Assembly: GCA_965235115.1 (NCBI GenBank) | Contig: OZ249436.1 | Coordinates: forward strand, 28,212,001-28,276,000 | Direction of reading: 5' to 3' | Origin: Laetmonice hystrix | Lineage: Eukaryota | Length of the DNA stretch: 64,000 nt | Notes under the pieces: generated by a model | The model's input: only the letters and a program-made list of their open reading frames with translations | The model's database searches: none | What the model was told of the DNA's origin: nothing | Position numbers and translations under genes: made by a program | Part shown: positions 1 through 13,701 of the stretch, piece after piece | Layout: each line of letters opens with the position of its first letter | Position numbering within the stretch: the first letter of the stretch is position 1

Positions 1-3000
1 TGAAGTACGCCTTTTTAAAGACTCCCTCTGTTTTGACTCTCGACTTATTACTCATTCAGAATAATAGCGCTTGCAGAGAAATTGTAAACATCGCCATAAA
101 TCCTGCATCTTTGACACTTTAATACTATGATAATATGAACTTTTAAAGATCGTATAATAAATTATGTGTGTTGGGTGGCAACAATTCTTTAGTTACAGAC
201 ACATAATCAGTCAGCCTATTACTATGTTGTTGACCAGCCGTTCAACGGAAGTCGTGAGGCTGATGATATACTTCATACAAACCTCGCACCCTCACCTTTC
301 CTCTCCCTGCTGAGACCAGCAGACACGTTAAGAAAATATGTCTCTGAGCACACCCCGTGGCTCAGCTCAAATAGAACCATTTCATCCCCTTAAATGTGTT
401 TTTCCCCCATGTTCCCTCTTTTTATACTGTAAGGGCTGAAAGGCTAAGTACATTTACCATTTCGGAAAAAAGACCGTGTTGACAGTGTGTGCATGTACCT
501 GAGATACGCTTTGCGGGTAAAACATTGCCTTCACGTATACTCTTGGAGCGCCCAGCTGAAACTAATACCGGTGGAAGAGCATCACCTCTCTTGTGAAGAC
601 GCGCTCAGATACTGACGAGTTACTGGTAGAAGATGTAACCACCGGACCTTTCCACATAGACCGTCGACTTGGTCTACAGAATGCGATAGTTACAGGAGGT
701 GTTCAAAAACGTGCCAAGGACCTCCTCATTTATCAATGAAGACCCTACACGCCGGGGCAGCATGGAAAGGGGGGAGGTCTAGCGTGCATAAATGCTTTCA
801 TGTAAGTCTGATTGGATGCTGAATCAGGTGCACCATCCTCTTGACTACGTATAATAACTTAGAAATACACGCTCTGTACCATGTCTTGTGGTGAGTGAGT
901 ATCATGGCCTCAGACGATGTACCACCGTCGGAAAACGACATAAGTCTTGTGATCATTATTTTTCAGTCATGTCGTAAAAAAATATCCAAGTTCAACGCAC
1001 TGCTATCTTAATGTTCAACAACATAATCGCTTACTAACCTTTGAAATAAATGTTTGAAAAGTCATCAGTATCGCCCTTCATACTTCTTACTTAAGACTAA
1101 TGCTATGACGAATGAACAAACTGTTTGGCTGAAATCAAACGAATGCTTCTTTGTCAAGACATCAGTTGAAACATTATGAGGGAGAGCAGGTAGCTTCCAA
1201 CCTTAATCACACTCTCATATCCACTACATTAGTATACCCTGCATTGTGCTGCCAGCGGGCCGAGCGCACACAAAACCGCTTCATAGCTAGGTGCAGGATT
1301 GAGTCTGTGGGGGGCCTCTCAAAAACGCCGAGCTGTGGGTATAGCTGGTCCATGATATGATGACAGACGAGTCCACTTATACCACTCGCTGCCGATGCCC
1401 TTCAAGCCACAATCCCAAGGGCCCGCGAACCAGACAATACACAACTGCTTGGAGCTGTAGCAGCCGAAAGGTCACCACCTGGGTTAAACCTAGGGCCACG
1501 TTTCTATCCCCCAGCTGCGAATACAAGACTTGCCGTCCCCCCTAGAGACCCCGCTAGAACTCCCCTCGGCTCGAACCGTAGGACACCACCATCGCCCCAC
1601 CTACTTTGTGACGGCCTTCTCTACCTTACATTTTCCCCCTGCCGAATGATTTACGATTGGAGATTTGTGATTATCAGAAGAGGATCCGTCAAGGGGCGAT
1701 GGGCGTAAGGAACTGGGGGGAAGGCTTTCCACTGAAGTTTCAAAGACTGATGATAGGCTATGATGCATTGGAGGGTGGCGCTTTGGAGTGGTGGCTGGGC
1801 GGCTTATGCAGCACTCTGGTAGGCGTGCCACCAATAGAGGGTCTACACACATACATTGAGCGGTGACGGGACCGCCCAATGATTGACTGCGCTCGTCCTC
1901 CTTCATCAATGACTCTTCGACACACCAGGATTCTAATGCAATGCAAAATACCACGTCATGAGAACGGAAATGTCAGCATCCATGCGGGGTATGGATGAGG
2001 GTTTTATTAATAGATTTACTTTGCCTCGCTGCATAACTTTCATCTGCATTTTCCGCTCATCCGAGTCAAGCTGAACTGAAAAAAAATTCTGGCCTTTATA
2101 GAAAAAAGACCAGACTTCGAGAATCATTTCTGTGCTCATTCTAGAAGTGCCTGCAGATTAAAGGCAACACTGTCTGCTGCTATAGATTATTCTCATGTCT
2201 AGGCCTTCAGCTTCATATTACTATTTCTATATGGATACAACCTGGATGCCATCTGGATTAACTTTTCCTGCAGGGCTTTCGTTGATTTAAGGCTGAGCTA
2301 TTGCAATCTATTAGTCAGTCAATGCATAAGATGCAACTGTTCATAATAACATTTTACTCTATATTACAAGCGAAGCCGCAAGATGATGCTAAATAACGTT
2401 TGATACGGACCAACAAACCAACCAACAACTCCAGTATTGCACGAAAACGTGCGACATATTATGTAGAACCGGAAGTAATGGGATGGGATGAACAAAAAAG
2501 TTCCATTTAGTGGTTCGATATAAATAGATACTAGTATCCACATAAAACTATAACAGAATATGAGCTACCTCACCACTGAGGTTTCTGACATGAGGTCTGT
2601 ATTCCTAAAATTGAGCGGAGAAATTTCTTCATATCGTAATGGAATGTGATGTGGCATGACTCGCCGAATGTTCGCCGACTTTGAAGATGGCCAGCTGAAG
2701 TAACAATGACCAAACAAGCAAAACGATCGACAGACCGTTGCCGCAAGGGTCACATTTGCCAAATTACATAAAATGCTCCTGGGGAGAAAGCTCAAGGCTT
2801 CCCGTGATAATCTCTCTGGAGTGATACGGAACAGATCCTTGGAAGTCTTCAAAACGGGAGTGGCAGGCAAACGTCAGCGCATGGGGTTGAAGTAAAGAGA
2901 CCTTGGAGCTAAACCGCCAGCCTTGCTGATTTGTTCTGGGCAGCGGGCCTTCTGACACAATCTATCATGGACACCCGAGAACCGCCTCCTCTCATCTTCT

Positions 3001-6000
3001 ATACTGCTGCTTCTTCTATACCCTCGGAGTAAACTAAAAACTTTCTGTAGATTTATTCCAAATGTGCCCCCCGACATAATGTGTTTGCTCGTTGTCCGTG
3101 GTTTCTGGTCGGGAGAACCCGCCGATTGTAACAGTTGCCCACCAACAAGGAAAGGGCCAAGGTCACACTGTAGGCATTTGTAGCCAACATATTACCGAAA
3201 CCAAGCCCTTATGTTCAAACTGCCGTGTTATGCTGGTTTAGCATACCTCACATAAATCCTTATGTATAAAAAAAACACCGGTAGACGTGGGGTTAAAGCA
3301 CGTTGTTAGGGTCACATGCGGAAAATGCCACGTAATTCGAACAATCAGCCATTTCCAATTATAGCCCCCTTGTATGCGTTGGATTTTTTAGAATCACAAT
3401 TTCCCCCTGCCAGTTTATTCAGCCCCTTCAAGGGTGGTACTAAGTTAAAGGATTCTCTGCGTAAAGAAACTTGATATTGCTACTCACTGATACGTCAATT
3501 CAGAAAGGAATCAGTTCATCGTTTCTTGGCACATCTTCCTATTACGTTTAATTACTGGTACACAGGTGTTAACTACTGACAATTATGCCATCAAATAGTT
3601 TACATTTGTCATAAAAACGGTTCCTAGAAGGTGACCAACATGCTTTCTGAACAGTCTTCCATTCTTTCCGACTTCATACCATTTGCCACATCGATATGAA
3701 AGACGATAACAATCAGCACAAAAGCGCAAGGCGATGTCAGAAAGTATTCTTGACACTCCGCTGACGGCTACAAGTTCTTGTCGATTTGCAAGCAATCAGT
3801 AATGACAAATGGCACGTCCAAGAATCAACCAAGTAACTATGTCTTCCCATTTCTGTCAGCTGTGTGTCTGTCAGCGCCCTCTTATTTTACACACACTCAT
3901 CCGAAACTGGGCATGTCAGCTTTAGCATGTAATATTTCCCGTGTCTCTGTGAAGTTCATATTCCCATGAATTGATAGATAACTTTGCTGGCGGTGTCCAA
4001 TTGCCACCAAAGTGTTCTCGTAAATCGCCGAAGACCCTCCCGAGTGTGAAAAACATCAAGCTGTCATCGAAATAATTATCTGGGTTAGGATCTTAGCAAA
4101 AGGGAGAAGTTAATTCGAACGGCCTGGTTCCTCCCTCTGAAAGATGGGAGAGCGGCCTGGTGAAGTGAATCTTTCAGTGCTTGTCAGGTGGCCAACATGT
4201 CCGCACAGTTTGCTTGGTTCGGCCTCGCCTCGAGTCTGAAGACAGAGCCAGGTGAAGAAAGACCGCGTTCCCTACTTCAAAGATATCATTGCCCAATCAC
4301 AATACGATCACCACTAAGTGCTGGTGAAAACTTGATGTGCTTTCCAAAACACGCGGCCGCATGCCTCGAGCACCCCTGAGGGACCTTTCGCACAGAATCC
4401 TATCTAAAAGAGACGCATCATGACATGTGGTGAAAAAGACGCTCCTATGGCTTACATCTCTGGCCAGTAAGTAGCATTGAGAGTGGTGTTTTTTTAATTG
4501 CCTTCATTATGTGGTAACGGTGATATGTTGGTGGGTATCTTGTATCATCTCCTCTGGGATACAGACAGACAGAGTAAAACTGACAGGCAAAGACCGTTCA
4601 TTGGACTCGTGGCACAAACTCATACTATTGAACGTGACGGGATCCAGACTGACTGGTTAATTGTACCGCTTCAGACGCTCTCAATATACCCTGGAGTATA
4701 TCAAGAGAACGCTGGTTCTTTACCTACTGACTATCCTTAGTCTTGGCTACATGGTCACAGAGAAAGATGTAATGTTACATACATGTAGGCCAAGTACAGA
4801 CCTGTACCTGAATAATAAGGAAAGTCAAACTTATGGCTACTCAAATGATTTTGTACAGATGCATGTACACAATGGGTTCCTTAAAAGCGCCACTTTCAAT
4901 AAAAAAATATTTTCAAATGTATCCCATTTCCTTTTGGTGAGGTCGAAAGCATTCCCATTCATTATAATGGAGATGAGATTGATATGCTGTGTTAGGAGCG
5001 AACCAGGCATTGTCTGACCTTGCTGGATCAAAGCGAAATATGCTAGAAGTTCCTTTGATTTTGTAGTGCGAAATTGCCTACCTCCGTAATCATTATCATC
5101 ATCCATGAAAGAAATGGATAGCTATGAATTGGGTACCACATGATGTCTCTGTAATACATCCTCTGGATTATATTGCATCGACAAAATGATGAATTCGGAA
5201 ACAGAACTAAAAGTGCTGATAACAGCACAAGCGGCTGTTTTCAAAGGTTCCTTGAAATTACATTTCTATTTCAGATTTAATGCTGATAAATTCGTTCTTT
5301 TGTGTGTGTCTGTGTTATTATTCTGTTTTCCCCCATTTGTATGAACTTTATCCAACAGAATTTCATTGTGACATTGCACCTGCGTACGTTGTAATCAGAA
5401 GAAACCTTCCAAGGATCCAACATATCAAACTGAACTAGAACCGAAGCACTGCAGAGACAATACGCATTGATGTCTGGTCCTTGATGTCCCGGCCGTAATG
5501 CCAGCTAAACGAACTTAGATTGGCCTGAGGAGGCCGACTCCTTATTCGGTTCACTGCAAATTCTTTAGACTTGCCTCTCTGTTTGAGGCCATCTTGTGAC
5601 AGGCCGTGTGCCTTGTGTGATAGTTCAGTGCACCCGCTCCACTTCCAGGTTCCTGGCCTGTACCTAGGAGGCAAATTAAGCCCCCCGCTGAGCGGAATGC
5701 ATTAACAATGGGGCTTAAATCGGAACACTGCGCAAGACGGATTACATCAAAGGCTATTCACTGCTTTATCCTGACAGTTTCCCCGAACACAGACCGCAGA
5801 GAACAAAAAGAAAGGCCTCAATTCAATGGGTCTGTGGACAGACAACCAAGAGAAAAACGTATTAGAACACAAACCTTGGTAACATTGACTGACACATCCC
5901 CTTTTTTCCGGTTGTGCAAAATTTATGCTTTAGAAGCAGAAATTGTATTTTCCCAGTTTTGAATTTCATCAATAAGATTGTCAAACATGTCATGTTGATA

Positions 6001-6714
6001 AGTGTTATTGAACAGTTCCTCGCCACCCCCTTCCGCCATCCCCAACCCCGTACGCCCACCCATTCGTTCCCATCTTGATCTCGTCTGCTCCATACAAACC
6101 TCGAACAAATATTTTGGTACCACGTACAGTAGCGTACGTCACGTCGTTCAATGAATCCGTCACTTTAGCTTAAAACAGTATTAGAACTTCAAAACAAACT
6201 TGAACATTGAAAGCAGGCTTTGCAAATTTTAAAGAATATATGGTTTGATGGCTGAATGAAAGGCTTAACTCTTGTTATCATAGACCTACTGGTACATTTA
6301 ATCTTGAGGTTCGTGAATGCAATGCAAACACGTTTGAGCGACGCTTCTATCTCGTTGTCTAATATTTACCTTTTTACACTTACGTTCAACTAAACGAAGC
6401 AGCACTCCGAAGAAATCGAAATTGAACATTCCTGGAAATATTTTCCACCCAACCCCTTCGCTGCATATTCTCCTTAGGGGAGCGAGTCCCTTTTTTATAT
6501 TCTTTCTGTCCGCTGATAACGATGCTGAAATAATGCAGAAAGAAACCCACACACCGGGCCGAGGCGCTTCTCATCTCGATAAGTGGCAAGGTTTCTTTCA
6601 CGTGAAACAAGACGAAGACACAACCTACATGCCTGACCTCTGACCTCCAGTCGCACCCAGATAATAAGAACACCACTGAATGTGAAATGATTTTCTGTTT
6701 TGTTTATATTTCAG

Positions 6715-6953
6715 CATACGAGGACCCGAAAGGCTGGTGGACTAGCGGCAACTACATCGTACGTAACCGGCAGTGGATGTGGACGACGAAACACCACCTC
6801 AAACAGATCACGTATTCACGGTGGGCGCCGGGCGAGCCTGACGCACGTTCCACAATGCACTGCATGCTCATGTACAAAAACGCCCGCTACATGTGGCACG
6901 ACGCCACGTGCACCGACAAGCACAACTTCATCTGCGAGATTGAACTCATCTAA
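6715..6953 (+). CDS. Terminal exon of a perlucin-like C-type lectin domain protein
   Basis: Polypyrimidine tract and TTTCAG acceptor at 6714; WTSG, WMW, YSRWAPGEPD, HC, WHDATC, FICE then stop. These match the WxG / EPx / WxD / C...FICE layout of the C-type lectin fold. AATAAA hexamers near 7603, 7656 and 7728. Confidence 0.9.
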
Positions 6954-9900
6954 AAACAGAGACTTTCAACCGACCAGCCTCAACACATGCTGGGGATGAC
7001 ATGACGTGAGGATCATGAATGTCAAAAGATATTATTTAAGACGATGTAATACAGTGATGGCTGGCATTTAAAGGGTTTATCTATCCTGCAAGTTTTGAAA
7101 CCCTCGAAGGGGTGGGGTGGGGTGGGGGTCAAGGTCTAACTGGAGATTTGAAGTTCGAAAGCACCCGATGGTCTAAGCCAAATGGTGATGTCTGTGATGT
7201 ACAGGGTCTATTATAAAATGTCGACTGTATCACAGATATGGAGAGCACTGCTATTGTAAAAAAGTAACACAAAAATTGGGTAGTCGGATCTTTTCAATGG
7301 CAGCAAATTACCCAAGCATGATCCTGATTGGTGTCAACTCTTCATTATCGCCGCTTTCCATTCTATTCTATTGTTTTTTTTCTTTCTTTGATCTCATCCA
7401 CTTGTTGGCCGCGAGGGACTTAAATCCGGGTTGCATTATAAGAGATTGATTAATAATCAAAAGAGAACATAATATGTTCTCTTTTGTGTGTGTATGTTTA
7501 GAATTTCTGGTATGATCTCTGATGTTTGGAATTCATCAAAGATGTGTACCAATAAGGGTTCTACGTTAATGAATCATAAATTAAATCCTTTGATGCATTG
7601 GAAATAAAAATCACGCAATTATAAAAATCCCTGGACTGATGAGGAGGCTGAGGCATAATAAAAAGAAATCTTAACTTTAATTTCCTTGTTCAATTCTCTG
7701 AAGAGGTGCTTTAATTAGAAAGGTCATAATAAAAGAATTGTTCTGCCAACTTAGATTGGGGCCTGTATATGATTTATCATTCCACGACTAACCGATAGCT
7801 TTCTTTGTCCTTCCGTCGGGAGCGCGTTGGAGGATTTATGAAATCAGAAACAAATTTGTAGATCGTTTTCCCTAAGAATCCCCTCAAAGAACTGAGGTTT
7901 AAATTCATTCAAAACAGCAAATAACTTCAATTCCCGGCTACGTGCTAAGTTTCTGTATAACAATCATAATTTGTTGAGGAATTATTTTTTCCTACTAGGA
8001 AGGTGGCACAGTAGGTCCTCAAAAGGTTATATTATTACATTACGCTTGCAGGAACGATTTATCATTTTACTTTTCTATTGTTTATTGAAGCTCATTTGTC
8101 ATTCTATGATGGTGAAGACGGAGATATTCGGTAGTTCATACTATTTTCATACGGTCCTTGATGAGGGTATTCCATTACAGAACTTGGTCCAATACCACAA
8201 CTGTAAATATTAAATCGAGAATACACGAGTGAACAGTTGGAATGTTTATTTATGTATTTCTAGTTTTTTTTTATGTTATTATTAATGATAAATTTGTCAC
8301 TTGATTTAATATCTCAGTCGTAATATGTACCCTTTGTACTATTATCCTTAAAATGATGACAATAGATTAAAGTTGTTTAGGTATTAAAAATGTATTTATG
8401 TAAAAGTAGGGAATATATTTCATATCCATTTTTAATTTTTGTGTTATATAACCAATGTTATAATTGTGAACGATACGAAGGCACAGATTTTGTTCTGATG
8501 ACAAATGTTACAACTGCCCTTTATTCTCTTATGCTCTGTAAAGCTTTATCGTGATTTACAGTCAAGCATTAAAATTTTCTGATCCGACAGTCATGTAATA
8601 TGACCCAAAAGACACTTAGTCATGTGAGCGGATTTCCAGAATGAAACTTTACACGCAATATTATAGGTTGACGAAAAACATCAAGAGGAAATCTGTGTTT
8701 TTTTTCCAAAAGATTCTTTGAATACAAGTAATTTAGCAGCAGGAATGGGATTTTATAGATGGGACATAAAACCGGACTTGTCATTGGACTACGCCCTATA
8801 TCAGAGCTATATATATACAGCTGATGCTCTACCTCTTAACATAGCAATACTGGACCGCCGTCAAGGCAACTTAATGACCTCATCTGGTGAACTCAGATCT
8901 ACGATGAGAGACAACATGCAGGACAGACCTGCAAGTTATACCCGTCAAAATTAATAGCAGACTTAACTTTAAAAAAGTGGCAGTCTGTACGTACACAAGT
9001 TCTGTACCATTTATAAGTAAAAGAGATTACATATACGGGGTACAGGTATCCAGTGTACGAATGAAGGAAGTCATTACTGAGTAATGACTGTGGAGACTTC
9101 GGAGTCAAAGCCCTGCTATGTGGTGTTTATAGAGAAACCTGCCAACAGATAACCATCGGTATTCGGAAATCTGCAATGTCGAAGTCTATAATCATGAAGA
9201 AGTAGCTTCAGAGAAAGAAAAACAAGGAACCTTTGCCATTAAGAGCTGGGTGCTGTTCTTTGCCCTTGACCAGCCCAGCATAGAGAGAGAAGGACCCAGG
9301 GTGCGGTGGGTGTGGGTGTGTATATATAGGCCCCCTGGCGGCAATGACAGAATTGGGCGGGGTGTCAGTGATATGCCGCCCGATGCCTAGCTACCACCAA
9401 TCCGTTCTCACTGATGAACGTCCACAAACGCGTCGAGATGACAGGTCCGTACCAGGAATAATTCATAATCAGCCACACACAACGCAGTCTTCAAAACTGA
9501 CTGAGCACCAGACCCTTATTTTTGCCGGCACAAAATGGTATTTATCTTTGACGGGCAGTGCTGCACGTTTGAGTGAAAGGGCCTGTTTTGAGTTTTATCG
9601 AGTCCAACAAGGGCTCCGGTGGGCAAAGGTTTAGTTGCCAGAGAGACGAGGTTTGTATATGTGTTGTTTTATTGATTGAAAGCGATGATGGACTGTAGGT
9701 TTCAAACTCTGACATTACGAGTAACCATGAAAAATGCATGTGGTATTTAAGATGGTTCGTTTATACTTTGGAGGGGCAAATCATGCAGGGAAAAGAGCGA
9801 AGGAAAAAAGTTCTCCTTGTGTATATACATAAACTGTGTGTTGTATTACTATTGAAAACATATAAACTATATATATCGAGAGCTATTACATGTCAAAGAT

Positions 9901-12258
9901 ATTTAATGTAGAATAATGTGCTTCTGATATGATGGAAAGCAAGGTGTTTGATGTTTATGTACACATGTATGATAGTTGTATATCGTACATGTTTATATAT
10001 ATACCCGTTCTCTTCGTGGCAAACCACTATATCCACAGGCGCTATAACTATAAGTAAAAGTAAGACATACACAGCCGAGTAAAACGTGGTACTCAAAAGT
10101 TTTGTTTGGTCGAACTCGTTAATCCCTTCCCAACAGTCACAAAATTAAAACTAATATCAAAATGCGCTCAAATGTTACATTAGTTGATTAACACGGAAAT
10201 GGAAGTTTTTTCCACATAGTGAAAACGTCGAAAATGCAGTAACTTCACTTATGGTAAATGTTCTCTGCCTGCAATATTGTCGAACCTCAAGGAATTTGTT
10301 CATGTTTTACTAAGGCATATGTGTTCATACAAGTACATTACGAGTTATATGTTAGAAATTTTGTTATAGTTTTGCAGACAGAGCACCGTTTAGTATCCTC
10401 AATGGAAGACAACCTTCCTTCCAGTCCCTTGAGTATTTTATCGTATGCCTGTTAGATCAGTTAGAAAATGTGACTATTATGTATTTTGAATGCAAATACT
10501 ATTAGCAATGTGTAATGTATGTTACTATGATACTATGATATTTTAAATTATCTTTAATTCAGAACATTTAAGAAAAAAACAAATGGTTTCTTTCACAATT
10601 TTGTATCGTTATTTTTACGACTGCTTTTTATTAAAGTTAAATTAAAATAACAATGGCGACAGCAACGCGGAGCGTCTGAGATACCTATCAAGAACCATTT
10701 CTAAGTTGTGTACACATTTAATTATCTGAAATAAGAGAAATAAAATACCTGTTGAAAACCACTATGTCTACAATGCATATTACTGTATTATAAATCCACA
10801 AACCTTTCTCCAAATTTTCGACCCTGAGTTACTCGCATCTTGGACAAATTATACATGTATTATAATAGAGCGAAGTCAAAAACCTTTTTTGTGGTTGGGG
10901 GATGTGTCAGGGGTACCGTAAAACAAAAGCTGTGCATGTCGTCGCAAGCACGACAGTCCCACAAGGCACTAACATCGTTATCAACAGCATTCATGTGGCA
11001 ATTCCTCAAACCAACGAATATCAAACATGCACAGACAATGCGGTAACCATTCTGTAGCTCTTATTATCAAACACTTGCTTAGGCAAATGAGCAGACCTTC
11101 CTGCCAATTCCAGATAAACTTTCTTTTATCATATGGGCCTATTATCTGTTAATTCCGCACATTACAACTAGAAAATTCTTCTATTACCAAACGCACTCTA
11201 ATACCACGAGTCAGAATACAACGGCTTCCATAATGTCCCAACATTTCCTTCATTCGTTTCCCTACACTGATCCTGTGCATATTAATGTGTCATCACTGCT
11301 AATGAAGGAGCATTCCATAGACCCTAAAGCCTTTAATACTAGACTAGTTTTGATAGGGGTTTAAGCCAATGATATATCAGAGGCAAGTTCATTCCATCAC
11401 GCGTGTGACGACTCCCTCTCGACGTGACGGGTTATTTCTGGCGATATACAAACCGACCAGCACGTTCTTCACGTCACGTTTTGAAACATTGAGGCTGGAC
11501 CTGTATCGGAGACTGTGATTGGCTAGAGCCCGGGTCACGTGAGGACCTCCGCCAGCCGCCAGCCTCGTTCGCAGGCATCTATGGCGCGCCGGGGCCAAGG
11601 AGCTTCCTACCGCGTGCAATACTTTCACTGACCATGGCCCATTCCTATACTCTGCATACCTGCCCTCCCTTCCCTTCCCGACATGCCCTCCGGCCCTAAC
11701 ACTCCACTCACTCACCTGCAGCGAATTAGCAGCTAAAATAACAGGCAGGACAGAGTAGTTGTGGCTGGAGCTCCAGCGGGCGAGAGAGTCAGTAACTATA
11801 CGGACTACCAGGAGATAGAGAGATAGAGCGGTTTATACAGTTTGCCCCACCATTAGTGTTGGCTACAAGCGACACAAGCCCCAAGGACGGACTCCCCAAC
11901 ATCCATTTCCTTCCCACTGAGGCGATGCATCTTGTTCAGAAACAGTTCGCAATGTCGTCCAATTATTATCCCTCCAATTATAAATTATACCACCCAGGTA
12001 ATCATTGGCACCCTTTGCGACATCTCTGACAAGACCCTTTCCTCCTCTATGTGCAAATGAAGACATATCCAGACATATATAATGAACGGCTCGCCTGCAG
12101 CCTCCTTGAAGGCTGCAGGGATTGCGAACAAGTTTGTAATGGTGCTAACAATCTGACGTAGAGTGTTAGCTGTCACATTGATGGGGCTGGCATGTCAGCG
12201 TCTGCGGCCACTCCTAGTTCCTCCTCCCACTAGCTGAACCCTCACTTGACCCTCAGAG

Positions 12259-12267
12259 ACACACACA

Positions 12268-12331
<64 letters not shown>
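12259..12331. repeat. (AC)n(TC)n compound microsatellite
   Basis: Direct inspection. Confidence 0.98.
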
Positions 12332-12334
<3 letters not shown>

Positions 12335-13399
12335 CCTATCTACCATGCTAACAGTTCCTACAGTATTCCCCACTTCTCTACCAAGTCTATACCCGTATAC
12401 ACTTCGGCTTTTTATATATTTTTTCACCCTCCATGTGAATTGCTTTCTCACCAAGATGCTGCCATCCATATGTCATTGAAGGCATATTACTTATCGTAGA
12501 TTAACTGCTCCTAAATTGCCCCCATGCCTGCAAGAACATGTCCTCTAATAAGATACCGGCAGTGAGTATTCCTCTATACTTCGATATGTCCTCGCTCATA
12601 CATTCTTTCCACTTACTTAACTCATATCTAACATTTGGCAAATTTCGTCTCATAGCTGGGCTCGGTCCATAGGCAGAACATGCTAGTGTTTACAATTACA
12701 GGCTACATGCTAAGAGTTTACATTTACAACGCCTTTTTACAATGTACAAAATCCTCAATGGATCCTCAAGGATGTAGGGTTGTCGTAAATTTTCATTAAG
12801 TCATCAAAAGTCATCACAATCAGTTGTGACATGATCCACTATCCTTCCCGCCCCGTGTGACCTATTGCTGTGACTATAACGAACCTCAGGGGCATACACA
12901 CCAGGATCTACACCACAGATCGTCGTAGTTGGGGGACTCACGGGAGTCGATCAAGACTAATGAGCCCAAAAAAGAGACAGAAAAAAACACGGACTCCTCC
13001 TCCCTCCGAGGCTCGATCGCAAACAGGAACAGCTTTCATGAGAGGAAATCCTATCTGACATGTAAAAGCCTGCCCACTTTCCGCCCTAACACTCACTTGA
13101 CACTTTGCTTACATTCTAAACATCTCTATATCTTCAACATAACAACAGACCTTGAACTTGGACATATACATCTTGGATAGAACGTCCTTTTTGGGCTACG
13201 TCTTTCAGTTTTTTGCCTCCCCCAAAAATATGGAAAGAGAAACCAGGACGGTTGATTAAACACTTCAATAGAGAATGGACATGGCTTTACATCATGACAG
13301 CTATGTCTAAAGTAATCGAAACCAAAATCTAATCGTGTTTTAATTATTTCCTGCGTGGAGAAAATTAAAATACAAGCGCATCTAGAACCATACATTTTT

Positions 13400-13701
13400 T
13401 CTATCCATTTTTGTATCGGTGAAATTCACCGTTCCTGTTGTCTGTTGCCGCTATGTAGCGATAGTCTCATAACTGGTTGTTGACCTGGCATTGACTTTGA
13501 ACAGCCAATGAAATTCGACAGCACCGAATACAAACAGAGAACGGCGACAACAGGCAACTGGAAGGTTGGATTTCGTTAGAATACTCCATTTCTGTGGGTA
13601 TACATTTATTGATTTATGTAGTCTGAGGCCTTATCTAACCTAACAGCCCTTGGCTGCATTTTGGTGTCATTGAAATGAGAGATAGTCAGTGTTCTCTTTA
13701 A
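13400..13701. mobile_element. Diverged relative of the 46192-46522 MITE
   Basis: Shares TTGACCTGG.ATTGACTT.GAACAGCCAATGAAATTC directly, and TACATTTATTGATTTATGTA...AGGCCTTATCTAACCTAACAGCC in inverted orientation; ends CT|TTAA. Confidence 0.65.

Noticed and set aside
3583..3795. CYRLS...KWYE resembling the N-terminal part of a C-type lectin
   Set aside because: Opposite strand to the lectin exon and lacks consistent splice sites.
5435..5674. WKWSGC motif resembling Wnt proteins
   Set aside because: No downstream NLHNN or CKCHG motifs in the frames I read; probably coincidental.
9893..10096. Signal-peptide-like hydrophobic ORF on the minus strand
   Set aside because: No ATG, and I could not link it to any convincing downstream exon.
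12242..12479. RERERE and SLSLSL ORFs
   Set aside because: Translation of a (TC)n microsatellite.
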